Source: Azolla caroliniana (Eukaryota > Plantae > Polypodiophyta). Taken from it: a DNA stretch of 64,000 nucleotides. Location of the stretch: the NCBI GenBank assembly GCA_043228905.1, contig JBHGNT010000005.1, positions 18,414,001-18,478,000 of the forward strand, in the 5' to 3' direction. Below the pieces are notes generated by a model. The model made no database searches. It worked only from the letters and a program-made list of their open reading frames with translations, and was not told the DNA's origin. Below are positions 38,101-49,756 of this stretch, one piece after another (within the stretch, counting starts at the first letter, position 1; each line of letters begins with the position of its first letter). The translations under genes were made by a program, and so were the position numbers.

Positions 38101-38976
38101 CTTAGGGGTAGGAGTGGCCATCCCAGTGAGCTTAGGGGTAGCATCCCAAGTCATACCAGCAGGGGTAGCACCTGGGGTAATTCCACCCACCGGAGTGGCA
38201 TCTGAATCAGCTAAACGACCTGGAGTAGGTGTTTCATCCCATCGATTCCTCCTAGATGCACCTGGTGTAGCTTCAATTCCTGCTCTACCAGGGGTCGGTG
38301 TAGCATCCCACTTAGTAGGCCCTGGTGTCGCATCTAAAGCATCCCAATCTGATGTCTTCGTCTTCTTAACTTCATCCTGATCGGTAGACTGATCCCATCT
38401 ATTACGTCTCTTCTGACTGGTGGCAGTGGAAACTTCTTTTGCTTGAGGTTTAGCAACCGGTACCTCTTTTGCCTTCCTCTCTGCCTCGTCCTGTTGTTTC
38501 TTTGCTATCAACCGGAGAGTCTCTTCCTTCTCACGTTTGAGCGCTTCCTCACGCATCACATCAGCATAAGTGCGAACGGAAGCATCAGGGGTTTTTTCAC
38601 CCATAGCAAACGCATCATTTCTATCAGGAGATATTATTCGGTTGAGCCTCCTCTTTCTATAATCATCTTCCCTGTCTATGATCTTTTGAGGCTTTTTGAA
38701 GCCAAAATCGTCATCGGGAGCCTCACCCCTCGGCAAATCAGAAAGGATAGACTTTGGGGCGGTGTATGAAGCCAATTTCCGTGCAACTTCTCTTTCTGTG
38801 GCATCTTGCTCATCCTCTTCTTCATTCACTGGTATAGATCGTTCATAACCTTCGAATCTATTCCCTGCTCCATACAGATCCTGGTCAAAGCTCACAGAGG
38901 TAAGGGCTGCAAGCTCCTCTTGCAATTTGCGCCTTTCCTCTTGGGTCTTGGCAATATCTGCATCAATCACCTCCAT
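35149..38976 (-). CDS. SF3B1: Splicing factor 3B subunit 1 (U2 snRNP, HEAT repeats), 1275 aa, no coding introns
   Basis: RWDETP/ULM repeats, [11 protein letters not shown] p14-binding region, [49 protein letters not shown]. Confidence 0.99.
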   Translation of the reverse strand: MEVIDADIAKTQEERRKLQEELAALTSVSFDQDLYGAGNRFEGYERSIPVNEEEDEQDATEREVARKLASYTAPKSILSDLPRGEAPDDDFGFKKPQKIIDREDDYRKRRLNRIISPDRNDAFAMGEKTPDASVRTYADVMREEALKREKEETLRLIAKKQQDEAERKAKEVPVAKPQAKEVSTATSQKRRNRWDQSTDQDEVKKTKTSDWDALDATPGPTKWDATPTPGRAGIEATPGASRRNRWDETPTPGRLADSDATPVGGITPGATPAGMTWDATPKLTGMATPTPKKQRSRWDETPASMGSATPMAGGATPSAFTPGITPLGGVDLATPTPNSIQLRGSITPEQYNLLRWERDIEERNRPLTDDELDAMFPQEGYKILDPPATYIPIRTPARKLLATPTPLMGTPLYSIPEENRGQQFDVPKEAPGGLPFMKPEDYQHFGALLNEDDEEKLTPEESKERKIMKLLLKVKNGTPPQRKTALRQLTDKARELGAGPLFNQILPLLMSPTLEDQERHLLVKVIDRVLYKLDELVRPFVHKILVVIEPLLIDEDYYARVEGREIISNLSKAAGLATMIAAMRPDIDNIDEYVRNTTARAFSVVASALGIPALLPFLKAVCQSKKSWQARHTGIKIVQQIAILMGCAVLPHLKSLVEIIEHGLSDENQKVRTITALSLAALAEAAAPYGIESFDSVLKPLWKGIRSHRGKVLAAFLKAIGFIIPLMDSMYASYYTKEVMVILIREFQSPDEEMKKIVLKVVKQCVSTEGVEADYIRTEILPEFFRNFWVRRMALDRRNYRQLVDTTVEIANKVGVADIVGRVVEDLKDESEPYRRMVMETIEKVVANLGASDIDARLEELLIDGILYAFQEQTSDDANVMLNGFGAVVNALGQRVKPYLPQICGTIKWRLNNKSAKVRQQAADLISRIAVVMKQCSEEQLMGHLGVVLYEYLGEEYPEVLGSILGALKAIVNVIGMTKMTPPIKDLLPRLTPILKNRHEKVQENCIDLVGRIADRGAEFVPAREWMRICFELLEMLKAHKKGIRRATVNTFGYIAKAIGPQDVLATLLNNLKVQERQNRVCTTVAIAIVAETCSPFTVLPALMNEYRVPELNVQNGVLKSLSFLFEYIGEMGKDYIYAVTPLLEDALMDRDLVHRQTAASAVKHMALGVAGLGCEDALVHLLNYVWPNIFETSPHVINAVTEAIEGMRVALGPGVVLNYCLQGLFHPARKVREVYWKIYNSLYIGAQDSLVAFYPVLEDEGDNIYSRPEITMFV

Positions 38977-38977
38977 C

Positions 38978-40378
38978 CTGTGGAATCTTATGGATTAATG
39001 TTTGATACCCTGTGAATTATCAAATGAGGGCACATTAGTATCATTCAAATAGAGTAAATTTGTATGAAAAACGAGATATTTAATCAACATTAGACACACA
39101 CAAAAGAACAAACGAATTCTTAAGGAGAAATTTCATTAGCAATATTCAAGTTTATTAGAATTGTAACATTTTGAAAAGTAGGAGATTAACTAATCATTAC
39201 AAAAAAAGGGATTGGCCCGAGTTCCATGAAAAACTTCATCATAGCTAAAATACAAAAAGATCACAAAAGAAACACCACAACCTAGAGGTCTACGCAAACT
39301 TCGAATATGATATATTGTGTTTACTTCATACATAAACCCCTAAAAACCATAACGTTTCACCTCCCACATTTGTTCATCTGAATGAACCTCCTAGCCAAGA
39401 CAAAATAAAAGATTTCTAGTGCAACAAATGAGCCAAAAAAAAAAATTTAATATATAAAAGAGAATTTACTGTGCCTGCATCCTCTAAAGCAATTCTCACA
39501 CAAGAACAGTGTACAAAGTCGAATATTTTCCTCACTTTCAGAAATCCGACCATCAAAAAGCATCAGACACATCTAAAAAACCACAATTACATAAAAGAAA
39601 CCATATCCAAAACCTTAATAAAAACTACAAACTATAATTCTGTCTAATATTGAAACCTTAAAAGAACCCACGTACTAAAAATTTAAGTATAGATAGAACC
39701 ATACACCCAAAACACGTTTGAAACTGAAACCCTAAATACACCGAGCTGAAGCCCACGACAAAGAAAACCCTAAAACATACATGGAAAGCTGTCTAAGATC
39801 GAAATTCTGAAAATTCCGATGTACAATACTTTGTGCGAAAACGAAATCTAGAAAGAGACAGAACACATATTCAAAATCTGACTAGAATAGAAACCCTAAA
39901 ACACCATCCTACCTCGGTAAAGTAAGTAAATTTGAAACTCTAAAAAAGAGTCCAAATCATTAACACCTATGTAACCCTAAAAGACAAAAGATCTGTCTAA
40001 AATATAAATTCGAAAGGAACCCGAGAAAAATCGAAACCCTAAACCAACCCGTATGCTAAAATCTGTGTAAAATCGAGACTCTGCGAGAAGCCAAAACAGA
40101 AAAACGAAAATATAGAACCATCCATAAAACTAAAATCCGATAATGATTTGAGGAACCTAGACTAGAATCTGTCTGTGTAAGAAACAGAAACCCTAAAAAA
40201 GACCCATATACACAGAATAAGTGAAGGCATACACGGTGGAATCCAAGGATCTGAGTAAAATCAAGAACCCTAAAGCATCCCAAAAGAAGATATAGGACCT
40301 GTGCGGGGATGCGAGAAACAAACCCTAGAAGAGAAAAGAGAAAATCGAAGCGAAGCAAGCAAGCAAGGGCGTGCGTAC
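38978..40378 (-). other. Predicted 1.4-kb 5'UTR intron of SF3B1 containing multiple telo-boxes
   Basis: Donor AG|GTACGC at 40378 and acceptor TCCACAG|G-ATG at 38978. U-rich on the sense strand. AAACCCTA at 39727, 39765, 39891, 40034, 40188 and 40320. Confidence 0.75.
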
Positions 40379-40680
40379 CTGATCTGAGCTGTGCGGGAGT
40401 GGTGGAAGGAGCCTTTAGAGTCGAGGAAGAGACCAGAGCAGAGAAACGGAAAAGAAATCAGAGAGAAGAAATTGGCCTCTGTAATCCTCAGAAGGTCGCT
40501 CTCTCTGTGTGTGTATATATATATCTGTGTCTGTGTCTGTGAAAGAGAGAAAGAGATTATCTCTCGTCTTCTTCTGTTGCTCCTTCCTGCGCCTTTCCTT
40601 CGTTTCTTCTCTCTCTTTTTTGGCTTCTCTCCATCTTTCTCTTTTGGGTCTCCAATTTATAAATCTAGCCCCTCAATCTT
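40379..40680 (-). promoter_or_regulatory. Probable SF3B1 first exon and core promoter
   Basis: Pyrimidine-rich leader on minus (~40380-40480). TATA-like TATATATA at ~40515-40525 and ATTTATAAAT at ~40655-40664. Confidence 0.5.
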
Positions 40681-40738
40681 AGGAAATAATACTCCATAAC
40701 CTCCCCCTCTCTCTCTCTCTCTCTCTCTATTTATTTTA

Positions 40739-41254
40739 GGGAAAAGTATCAAGATACCCCCTGGAAGTTCTTCTATTTACCAAATTTACCCCTGGAAGTT
40801 CTAAATTTACCAAACTACATACCCCCCTATGTCCAAAAAATTACACTTTATAAAGTAATTATACACTCAAATCTTTGGTAAATAGGGCCAGTTCGGGTCC
40901 ATTTCTTCCATCTTTGGTAAATAGGGCCAGTTCGGGTCCATTTCTTCCATCTTTGGTAAATAGGGCCAGTTCGGGTCCATTTCTTCCATCTTTGGTAAAT
41001 AGGGCCAGTTCAGGTCCATTTCTTCCATCTTTGGTAAATAGGGCCAGTTCGGGTCCATTTCTTCCATCTTTGGTAAATAGGGCCAGTTCGGGTCCATTTC
41101 TTCCATCTTTGGTAAATAGGGCTTGTAGATTTGAGTGTATAATTACTTTATAAAGTGTAATTTTTTGGACATAGGGGTAGTTTGGTCAATTTGAAACTTC
41201 CAAGGGCCTTCTGGTAAATAGACGAACTTCCAGGGGTATCCTGGTACTTTTCCC
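40739..41254. mobile_element. Mutator-like non-autonomous element (MITE), ~135-bp TIRs, 9-bp TSD
   Basis: GGGAAAAGTA...TACTTTTCCC termini and long inverted arms. TSD TTTATTTTA at 40730-40738 and 41255-41263. Confidence 0.93.
40871..41122. repeat. 39-bp minisatellite x6.4 filling the MITE interior
   Basis: Unit ATCTTTGGTAAATAGGGCCAGTTCGGGTCCATTTCTTCC; copies identical except for one G>A. Confidence 0.97.
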
Positions 41255-41949
41255 TTTATTTTATTTATTTTTTGTTTGTGAAAACCCACAATTATATTAA
41301 TAAATGTGTGTGAAAAACACTACTTAAACAATGCGTGTCACAATAGAGTATGGTCGCCCCCCACTACCTACATACACTACATGGGTAGTGGCACATGTTG
41401 AATTGCCAAAATAAATAGGCGAGACGGAACGGAACACTCCAATGAGGAAAGAATTTCCACTTGCTCTAATAAAGAAAATTGCCACATTAGTACATACTAC
41501 TCCCTTCAACTTTCGCATATCTGCTTTCACTCCATGCTTACCGTCAAATAACACCGTGATAAAACTCGCCAAATTTGAGAAATGTAACTCCAAATCTGAC
41601 AAGCAATTAGACATTGTATAAAATTATGAGTACCATAGTTGTTAAAAAATGCGTATTCTACATTTTAGAACAACTGTTTTTTAAAATCTGACATATTCTA
41701 CGTATTTAACAAGTATTTATCATTTCAAAAAAATAATAATCTTTTTTTGAAAAAAAAACTTTAAATTTTAAGAAGTATTCTACACGTATTCTAAGTATTT
41801 ACTATTTAACGTATTTTATTTATAAAATACGTATTCTAAGTATTTTTTTTTAAAAGTTAGAATACTTAGAATATGTATTCTACACATATTTTATGCTAAG
41901 TATTTTACAACAATGATGAGTATTATCTTCCATTTGAATAGTGCAAAAG

Positions 41950-42647
41950 AAGTAATTGCCCATTTCTTATCTACGACACTTTAAAGCTAATCCCAAAAGG
42001 CAATCCCCCAATCAAAACTCTCCAAATGAAGACCTTTGCTACACAAGTGGCAATTTAGAATGTCGACTACATTTTAAGATCTGCTACCAGCCGTTATCAT
42101 ATTTGTGTATTTTCCATTCTTCTTCAACCTTAGATGATAGCCATCCAAGAGACTCAATAGAACAATGATACAAAAGATTAGTAGTCACTTGTAAAAACGA
42201 CGTCTAGCCTCATAAACACCAACCAATCCATGGTTGTTCTCTTGTTTGTAATGGTAAAGGACCTTGCATCAATGCAATATTTTGACGTTGTTGCCATGTA
42301 AACCCATAAATAGGCGAGATGCATAATAATTGCCACGCTTCAACAAACTCCAAAATTCTTTGAGATGGAGCCTCAACTACATCTCCCACCTCTTTGACCC
42401 CCAAATGAAACAAATGATTAAACAAAGAACCCAATCTCTCCTTTTCAGGCCAAGATAATAACCTAGAAGACACAAGTAACTCTTTTTGCAAAGAATTATA
42501 ATGCTCTCTACTAGATGATGGTTTCCATACACATAACAAGAGTGCTTCTTGCCATGCGGTAACCAAGTGTTGAAGACATGTAGTACTAGGAATCTTAAGT
42601 GAAATACATCCGTTCAGTAATTGCCACCTTGAAATAGGGATCGGCAA
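41950..42647 (-). pseudogene. Possible degenerate LINE ORF2 C-terminal fragment
   Basis: Trp-rich 145-aa ORF 42210-42647 with no diagnostic catalytic motif; the assignment is weak. Confidence 0.3.
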
Positions 42648-42817
42648 TTGTTCGATTTAGGCGTAACCGGTTTGGCCTTATCCAAGCCAAACTGGTTAAG
42701 CCCAAACCGTTTTGGAGTTCTCAAACCTAAACCAAACCAAACCAACTCGATCCCCTCAACCTCTAACAACAACATCATAATCACCACTACCACCATTACC
42801 ATCTCAGATACAAATAT

Positions 42818-43149
42818 TGTTGAGGAAGCAGCTGTATAAGTGCAGAACAAACTCAACACTCTTCCATAAGTAGATCGTTAATAGATGCAATGAAGAAGAT
42901 TGATGGCAGCTAGAGACTGAATCAAGCACTGAGATCAATCAATATTGCATAAGAGAGAGAGACGATTGGGCACAAGGTAAATTATATTTCAACCACTTTC
43001 AACCAACCTAAAACTAGGTTACAAGGTCAGTTTATATACAGACTAACTTAGGGCAACTGCCCTTCTCACTATTTACATAATATAGCCTAAACCTAGTGTG
43101 TACAAAGGGAGACATTGTGAATACGTCCATTAGAGACCCGCATTCAACA
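42818..43149 (-). repeat. Copia 3' LTR (332 bp)
   Basis: TGTTGA...TCAACA ends. PPT ATTACGAGGGAG on minus directly adjacent (43150-43161). Confidence 0.75.
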
Positions 43150-45090
43150 CTCCCTCGTAATGGGCCTATACATCGAAAATCTGTAAATCGAAATGAATGT
43201 ACAATACAGATTGATACAAGGTTTTCAAGCAAATCGAAATTTTGTTCGAGTTGGTGAACTTTGATAATAATAAAAAAACTAAAGGCCAAATTGGTCGAGA
43301 TTGGGGAAGTTAAAGTTTAACTTTGAACTGTCGAAGTCGATTGTTCGAAAAAAGAAAAAAAACATCGTAAGTGTTCGACTTAATCAATCTGCCTCTTCGT
43401 TACACCTATCTAGTGCCAAAGGGATCGGAATCGATCCGCCGAAAGACACTTAGTCATTCCATCTGCGAAATTATCAGCTGCAGATATCTTCTCCATGCCG
43501 ATTTTCCCTGAAATGACGCAGTTCCGAACAAAGTGATATCGAACATCAATGTGCTTCGAGGCGTTGTGTTGAACCAAAATTTTCTACAGAGCGACAACAC
43601 CCTAACTGTCACTATGAACAACTAGAGCTGAGCCGATTTCGGCTTGTTGAAACGTACAGGCCAGCCGACCGAGCCATAAGGCCTTTTTCGCCGCATCGGA
43701 CGTGGCTACATATTCGGCCTTGGTCGTTGATGTGGCGGTGCACTCTTGGAGTTTCGATTTCCACGAGATCGCTCCATTGCCAAATTTGAAACAATATCTT
43801 GTTGTTGGTTTTCGGTTGTCTATGCAACCTGCAAAGTCCTGAACAAAGTGATATCAAACATCGTGTGCTTCGAGGCATTGTGATGAACCAGATTTTTCGA
43901 TAGAGCAACAACACCCTAATTGTCACTATGAACAACTGGAGCTGAGCCGATTTCGGCTTGTCGAAAAGTACAAGCTAACCGACTGAGCCATAAGGCCTCT
44001 TTCGCCACATCGGACGCGGCTACGTATTCGGCCTCGGTCGTTGATGTGGCAGTGCACTCTTGGAGTTTCGATTTCCACGAGATCGCTCCATTGCCAAATT
44101 TGAAACAATATCCGGTTGTCAATTTTCGGCTGTCTATGCAACCTGCAAAGTCCGAGTCGGTATATCCGAGTACGCCTAAGATATTGTTCGGGCTGAATAA
44201 AATACCAAGATCTTTTGTGCCCATCAGATATCTGAACACATGCTTTACTGTGTTCTAGTGCGACCGACCAGGGTTGTGCATGAATCTGCTGACGACTCCT
44301 ACGATGTGAGCAATGTCAGGCCGTGTCGCGGCCATCGCGTACATCAGGGAACCGACTGTCAGTGCATATGGTACCGACTTCATGATTCCCCCTCTAGACC
44401 GGATGTCGAACAGTCTCACTGAGACAACCGAAGACTAATTGGGAGCGGGGTCGAAGCAGATTTAGCCAATCGCATGTTGAAGCGTTCTAAGACACGGTCA
44501 ATGTAGTCAGATTGAGACAGAAACAATTGTCTTTTGATTTCAATTTCGACTAATATTTATGCCTAGAATATGTCTTGTCTAACCGAGATCTTTCATGGCA
44601 AACTTCAACCGTAGTTGCCGATAGCAATGGGCGCGGTTCGGTTTCGGTTCGGTTCGGTTTCTTGACCTTGAAACCAAACCAAACCAAACCAAACCGGTTA
44701 TTCATAAAAAAAACCAAACCAAACCATTTAAAAAATTTGAAGCCATTTAAACCAAACTATTTAAGCCAAACCATTTAAACCAAACCGTTTAATAGGTATG
44801 AGAAACCAAACCATTTAAAACCAAACCGTTTATGTAAAATGTAGAACCAAACCGAACCGGTTTACCAAAAATCAAAACCAAACCAGTGTATCAAACATCA
44901 AAACCAAACCAAACCAAATTGGTTTTGACATAATCCAACCAACACGAAACAATAAATTGTACCAAATCAAAGACTATAACACTATAAAATAACAGAAATT
45001 CACAACACATTTTCTGAAAATTGTTAATTTGTGAAACATGATAAGATATTACATAAAAAGATAAATGTTTTTTGGAATGATAACAAAAAT

Positions 45091-45255
45091 CCATACAATA
45101 GAGTTCCAAAATTCCATACAATAGAGTTCCAAAATTCCATACAATAGAGTTCCGAAATTCCATACAATAGAGTTCCAAATTTCCATTCAGTAGAGTTCCA
45201 ATTTTCCAATTAAGAACAACAATCCATATAATAGAGTTCCAATTTTCCAAATCCA
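45091..45255. repeat. ~23-bp tandem repeat in the hAT 3' region
   Basis: CCATACAATAGAGTTCCAAAATT, about 6 progressively degenerate copies. Confidence 0.88.
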
Positions 45256-45463
45256 TGGACCATAGGACTTAATCCAGCTTTTTGTTTCCAATATTTGAAT
45301 AAGGGATTTCTGAAAGCATAAAATATACAAAAGAATTAAGTAATTCATAATAACAAATTTAAAGAATCGACTAAAAACAAAATAGTAAACAACATGTAAT
45401 AAAAATTACAATGACTTTGAAGATCTCCAATTGCAACCACTATTGTCGTTAACATGTCAAAAA

Positions 45464-47676
45464 TCAACATGATTCCTGTACATATAAAATACATAAAAAC
45501 AAGTAAGTAATTATTAATAAAACTTTAAGTAAAGACTCAAACAAAAAACAACCAAGTAACAAGTATGCATACCTTAATCTTCCTTTGACTATCATGCGAT
45601 ATGTAATCTATTACCTCGTCTTCAGCAACAAGATCATCCAAATTCATTGTTAGTTCCGCATAACTGATGTGAAAATTATCTAACATTTGAACATTACATT
45701 CTTTTAAAACATTCATCCATGATCGAACGCACATTTCAGCTTTGAAAGTGCATGAATGTAGTTTTATCCTATTATCAAAGGTCATTTTTGCTGCCGAATT
45801 AGCCTCTTCAGCAGGTACTGATGATGCTGGTATACTGAGGTAATCACATGCCATCCTATATAGTGAAGGCATTGCCGATTTATTTTCATTCCACCATTGT
45901 AAAGGATCCTTATCCGTGCTAGCCGAAGGAAGTCTCATAAAGTGCTGAATTTCTGACTGTGAATCGGAAATAAGACTTTTATTATTTACACCCATTAACG
46001 TCCAAATTTTAGAGTTCTTATCATTTTCATGTATTGTGGTTGAAGCCGAACGTGGTTCAACATCACTTGAGAACGAGTGATAGTGGGACTCAATCATGCT
46101 TTCAACCAACTTAATATCTAACTCTCTTTCTGTATGATTATTTGGAAGAGGCAATCTATCAAACAAATAAAACGGTTTTAAACTCAAATAAAAAATCAGA
46201 AATCATGATGATAATTGTACGATATAAAGGTAAGCATTACCTGGGATCAAGAAACATTGCTATGCGAGATGGAATAGACTTTAACGATTCTTGATACTTA
46301 ATTAAATATTGCAAGCAGTTCTCAGATGCTCTTTGAAGCACCTCTTGTGTAAATCTAGATGATCCTGGAAGCGAAGAATCTAAAAATTGATTGCAATGAT
46401 TTAGTAAACAATTATATGCTAGCGATGCTAGTGATAATGTAGGATATTTTGAGCCTCCCAAAAAAGTAGAAACCTCGGCCGGTGTATCTAGCCATTCCGC
46501 CATGGCATGTATGTGACTCCAATCTTCTCTGGTCAAGACATTACCATTGAAATCACTTGATATTGTTAAATCTGAAATTGTAAAGTTCAATACATCTTTA
46601 TCTTTGATAGATTGCCTAAACATTTCCAAGGTAGAATTCCATCTTGTAACAACATCGAGCCTTGGGGGTTCCCTTTCATGATGCTCAACCATCCTAGCAT
46701 ACTTCCTAAACACTTCCCTTCGAACCTTGCTAGATCTAATAGTATGGAGCACTGTTCTCAACTTTTCTGTTGAGGGTGAGATAACCTCTAATGCTGCCTT
46801 GATACCCAACTGAAAAGTGTGAACCATACATCTTAACATATGTGATGGAGCCAAAATTTCCTTACCATGCTCATCTTGTAACAACATGCTCAACTCTTTT
46901 GCAGCTACTTGTGCATCACTCGCTCCATCAAAAATTGTAGCTAAGAGTCGACTAGAAATATCAAAGGATCGAAGTCGAGCAAAAAGGGCATGTGCACAAC
47001 GCTTCCCTGATCCAACACCTGGAAATACATGCACAAAATCCAATAACATTGACCTTGACCTTGCTGTCTCATGACATACCCAATGAAGTGTCACTGAGTA
47101 GAAGCCCTTCAAACTACTATTTGACCAACCATCAAATGTTATGGAAAATCTTGATTGGCATTTTGATAGCAAATCTATCACCTGACGACGCAACACCACA
47201 TACATTTCTAGGATAGAACGCTTAATTGTACGTCTTGACTTTACTTGATATCCAGGTACAATTTGTTGCATGAATTCCTTAAATTCAGGTGATTCCACAT
47301 GTGCATGGGGCAATGTTCCCTTCACAATATACTTCACGATGGCAGCATCAATTTTCTTCTCTAAAACATGAGATACTCTAGCTGACTCAATTGAAGATTG
47401 AATGTGATGTGATATACCTGAATTTTGGTCTGGGTCGCTTGATAAACGATGCTTTTCTGCTAAATGTTTGGCTATAGTGCCTGTGGATGTTGTAGAAGAC
47501 CAACAAACATGGCAATGATGGCATCGTCGTCGAGGTGTGCCATTATCCATATAAAATATGATGTGAGCATCTGTCCATGATGTGCGTAGCCTTTTTCTTG
47601 AGCTACTTGTTGACCCACGACTAACATCAAATGAAGATGAGTTCATTGCAGCATCAGTTTGAGATGATGATTCCAT
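45464..47676 (-). CDS. hAT transposase, predicted exons 47676-46241, 46155-45573, 45475-45464 (676 aa)
   Basis: BED finger (CHHC..HLAEKH), ITFDGWS, IFDGASD, CMVH, TRWNST, SIPASSVPAEE dimerisation domain. GT-AG introns 46240-46156 and 45572-45476 restore one reading frame. Confidence 0.88.
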
Positions 47677-47864
47677 TTTATGGTGTCCTATAAAATTCAA
47701 TTAACTCAATTAGCACATTTCAAATATGTACATTATAATGAGAAAAATAAATGAAGTAGAAAGTTTGCTAAGTTAGCTAAGAACAGTAAAACGACCATTA
47801 TGTCCAATGGCAAATCCAAGTTGTCAAGTTAACCCATGACCGCGCACCCATGTTTACCTTAATC

Positions 47865-48302
47865 ACCAGATAAATTGGACATCCATGTTTACTTTACTCC
47901 AATCATTAAATAAACAATGGATACCCATGTTTACTCTCATTAACAGGATAATCCATGGACATCCATATTTTCTGACAGGATAAACAACTGACACTCATGC
48001 CCCCAATGCTCATAAGGTAAATAATAGATGTTATTGTTTACTCTGCTCACAAAATAAACAATGGACGTCCATGTTTAAAATGCTCCATTCACCACATAAA
48101 TACTCGATATCCATGTTTTTCTACTCACAAAATATAGAATGTGCATTTATGTTAACATCAATAACCAGATAAACAGTGGATAACCATATTTACTCTACTC
48201 TGAAGATAAATAATGATCATCTATGTTTACTCCACCCAGAAAATAAACAATAAACATGCAATCTTAATGGCTCAGAAAATGAGCAATGAACATCAATGTT
48301 TG
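47865..48302. repeat. Degenerate ~37-bp array of palindromic cores inside the hAT leader region
   Basis: About 12 copies of ~ATAAACAATGGACATCCATGTTTAC separated by short variable linkers. Confidence 0.8.
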
Positions 48303-49702
48303 ATATGAATGGTGAAGACTTTCAGTACTTTATAATATAATGATACAGTCTTTCTAAGTTAGTTATGTTCTTGCAGGTGTATTTGCAGGTGTTCTAATTT
48401 CAGCATATACAATTGATACTCCTTCAGTCAGATAGCGTGGACTGAGAACTCCAAGAAATATTATTCCTTTCAATGAAAATCTAACGAGCATTGGTGTACA
48501 TTAAGATCATGTCAAAACAGATCACAGAAATATCGAAAGAGAACATAGTTGAAGCTATTCGAGATAAGCAACAAGTATTCGAAAGAGAACATAGTTGCAG
48601 GAGTCCAGTATAGATTTAAACATTATACCAGTTCAAGATACTCGCTCACAAACACATACATATACATATATTACTGATTATTCAATCGAGCATAAACTCA
48701 CATACTCGTATTGATCTCATATTTGCTTACATACAAATCTCTCTTCTCTCACATGTATGCACACACGTTAACTCACATACCCATATTCTCATATATGCAA
48801 ACCACACATCTATAAAAAAAGTTTGGAGTGTCTCAGCCTGTGTTATGGATCATGATTCATACCTGTGTTATGGAGAGTTTGGAGTCTGAAGAGCAATGAA
48901 GTGGTGATTGGTGGTTGCCGCCTCAGCCTGCACAATGCCGCCTGTGTTTCTGTTCGATAATTGTGTCTGTCTGTAGTTAACAGTAGATACACAGTGTGTC
49001 TGTTCGATAGTTGTGTCTGTAGACTGTCTGTATCATACCCTATAGTTTGTAGTATGTAGTATGTACTTACTACTACTAACTAGTATTAGGTCCATAGTAA
49101 AAATAAGAAGGGTATAATTTATAAAATAGAAAATTTAGGAAGGGTATAATTTATAAAATTGAAAATTTAGGGCTAGGGTAAGAACCTATAAACCTATAAA
49201 CCGAACCAAATTAATAGAAACCGTTAAACCGATAAAACCGATAAACCGATAAACCGATAAACCGATAAATGTTAAACCGAACCGAACCGAAACCAAACCA
49301 AACTTTCATTCTTTAAACCAAACCAAACTCATTATTTAATTTTGAACCGATAAACCGTTAAGCCACGGTTTAACGGTTCGGTTCGGTTTGAGCCGAAACC
49401 GTGCCCATTGCTAGTTGCCGAACAAGTTTGGCGAGCTCTCCGGCATGTCGTCTGGAGATTAACATGTCGGCATTTGTGTACCCCTTGAGTCGAATTGGTG
49501 TGGCCGATTTGTAGAGAATGCCACAATCCATTGTGCTGCTCACATATTGTAACACTTGCTTAGTGCAATCCAAGTAAATGTCACGTGGTTTTTGCATAAA
49601 TTGGCTAAGGAAACCGACCGGGTGTCAGGAATAGTACTAAAAATAGAGAGAGAATTAGTACTAGAGAAGGAAAGTACTAAGTGGAAGGGAGTGTGTAAGA
49701 CA

Positions 49703-49755
<53 letters not shown>

Positions 49756-49756
<1 letters not shown>

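Larger units (their letters stand above)
44622..49413 (-). mobile_element. hAT DNA transposon, full length (4792 bp)
   Basis: TIRs TAGCAATGGGC(G/A)CGGTT at both ends. Perfect 8-bp TSD GTTGCCGA (44614-21 and 49414-21). AAACC(G/A) subterminal arrays. Confidence 0.97.
43150..49470 (-). mobile_element. Degenerate Copia RT-RNaseH 3' part, split by the hAT element
   Basis: GYTDSDFAG, SWKSKLQ..STTEAEY, KHIDVRYHF. The reading DMLISRR..KLVRQL|RLKFAMKDLG continues across the hAT. Internal ~315-bp tandem duplication at 43526 and 43841. Confidence 0.88.

Noticed and set aside
35765-38769. Plus-strand ORFs antisense to SF3B1, and the 234-aa ORF antisense to the Nudix-like gene
   Set aside because: Shadow frames of real coding sequence with no independent motifs.
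35149-38976. Unusual SF3B1 variant at cancer-hotspot or pladienolide-binding residues, or a processed pseudogene
   Set aside because: The motifs EYVRNTT, RHTGIK, QKVRT and RRATVN look canonical. The ORF is intact, has a plausible leader intron, and shows no poly(A) or TSD.
40871-41122. CRISPR-like regular 39-bp repeats and the MEEMDPNWPYLPK repeat ORF
   Set aside because: The units are contiguous and identical with no unique spacers, and they lie inside MITE TIRs. The ORFs arise because 39 is a multiple of 3.
42648-42765. Second hAT-like element end (AAACC arrays ending in CCTCTA)
   Set aside because: No partner TIR or TSD was found, so it is not listed as an element.
47865-48302. CRISPR array (palindromic repeats with spacers)
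   Set aside because: The cores are too degenerate and the linkers too short (~6-16 bp). There are no cas genes and the context is a eukaryotic transposon.
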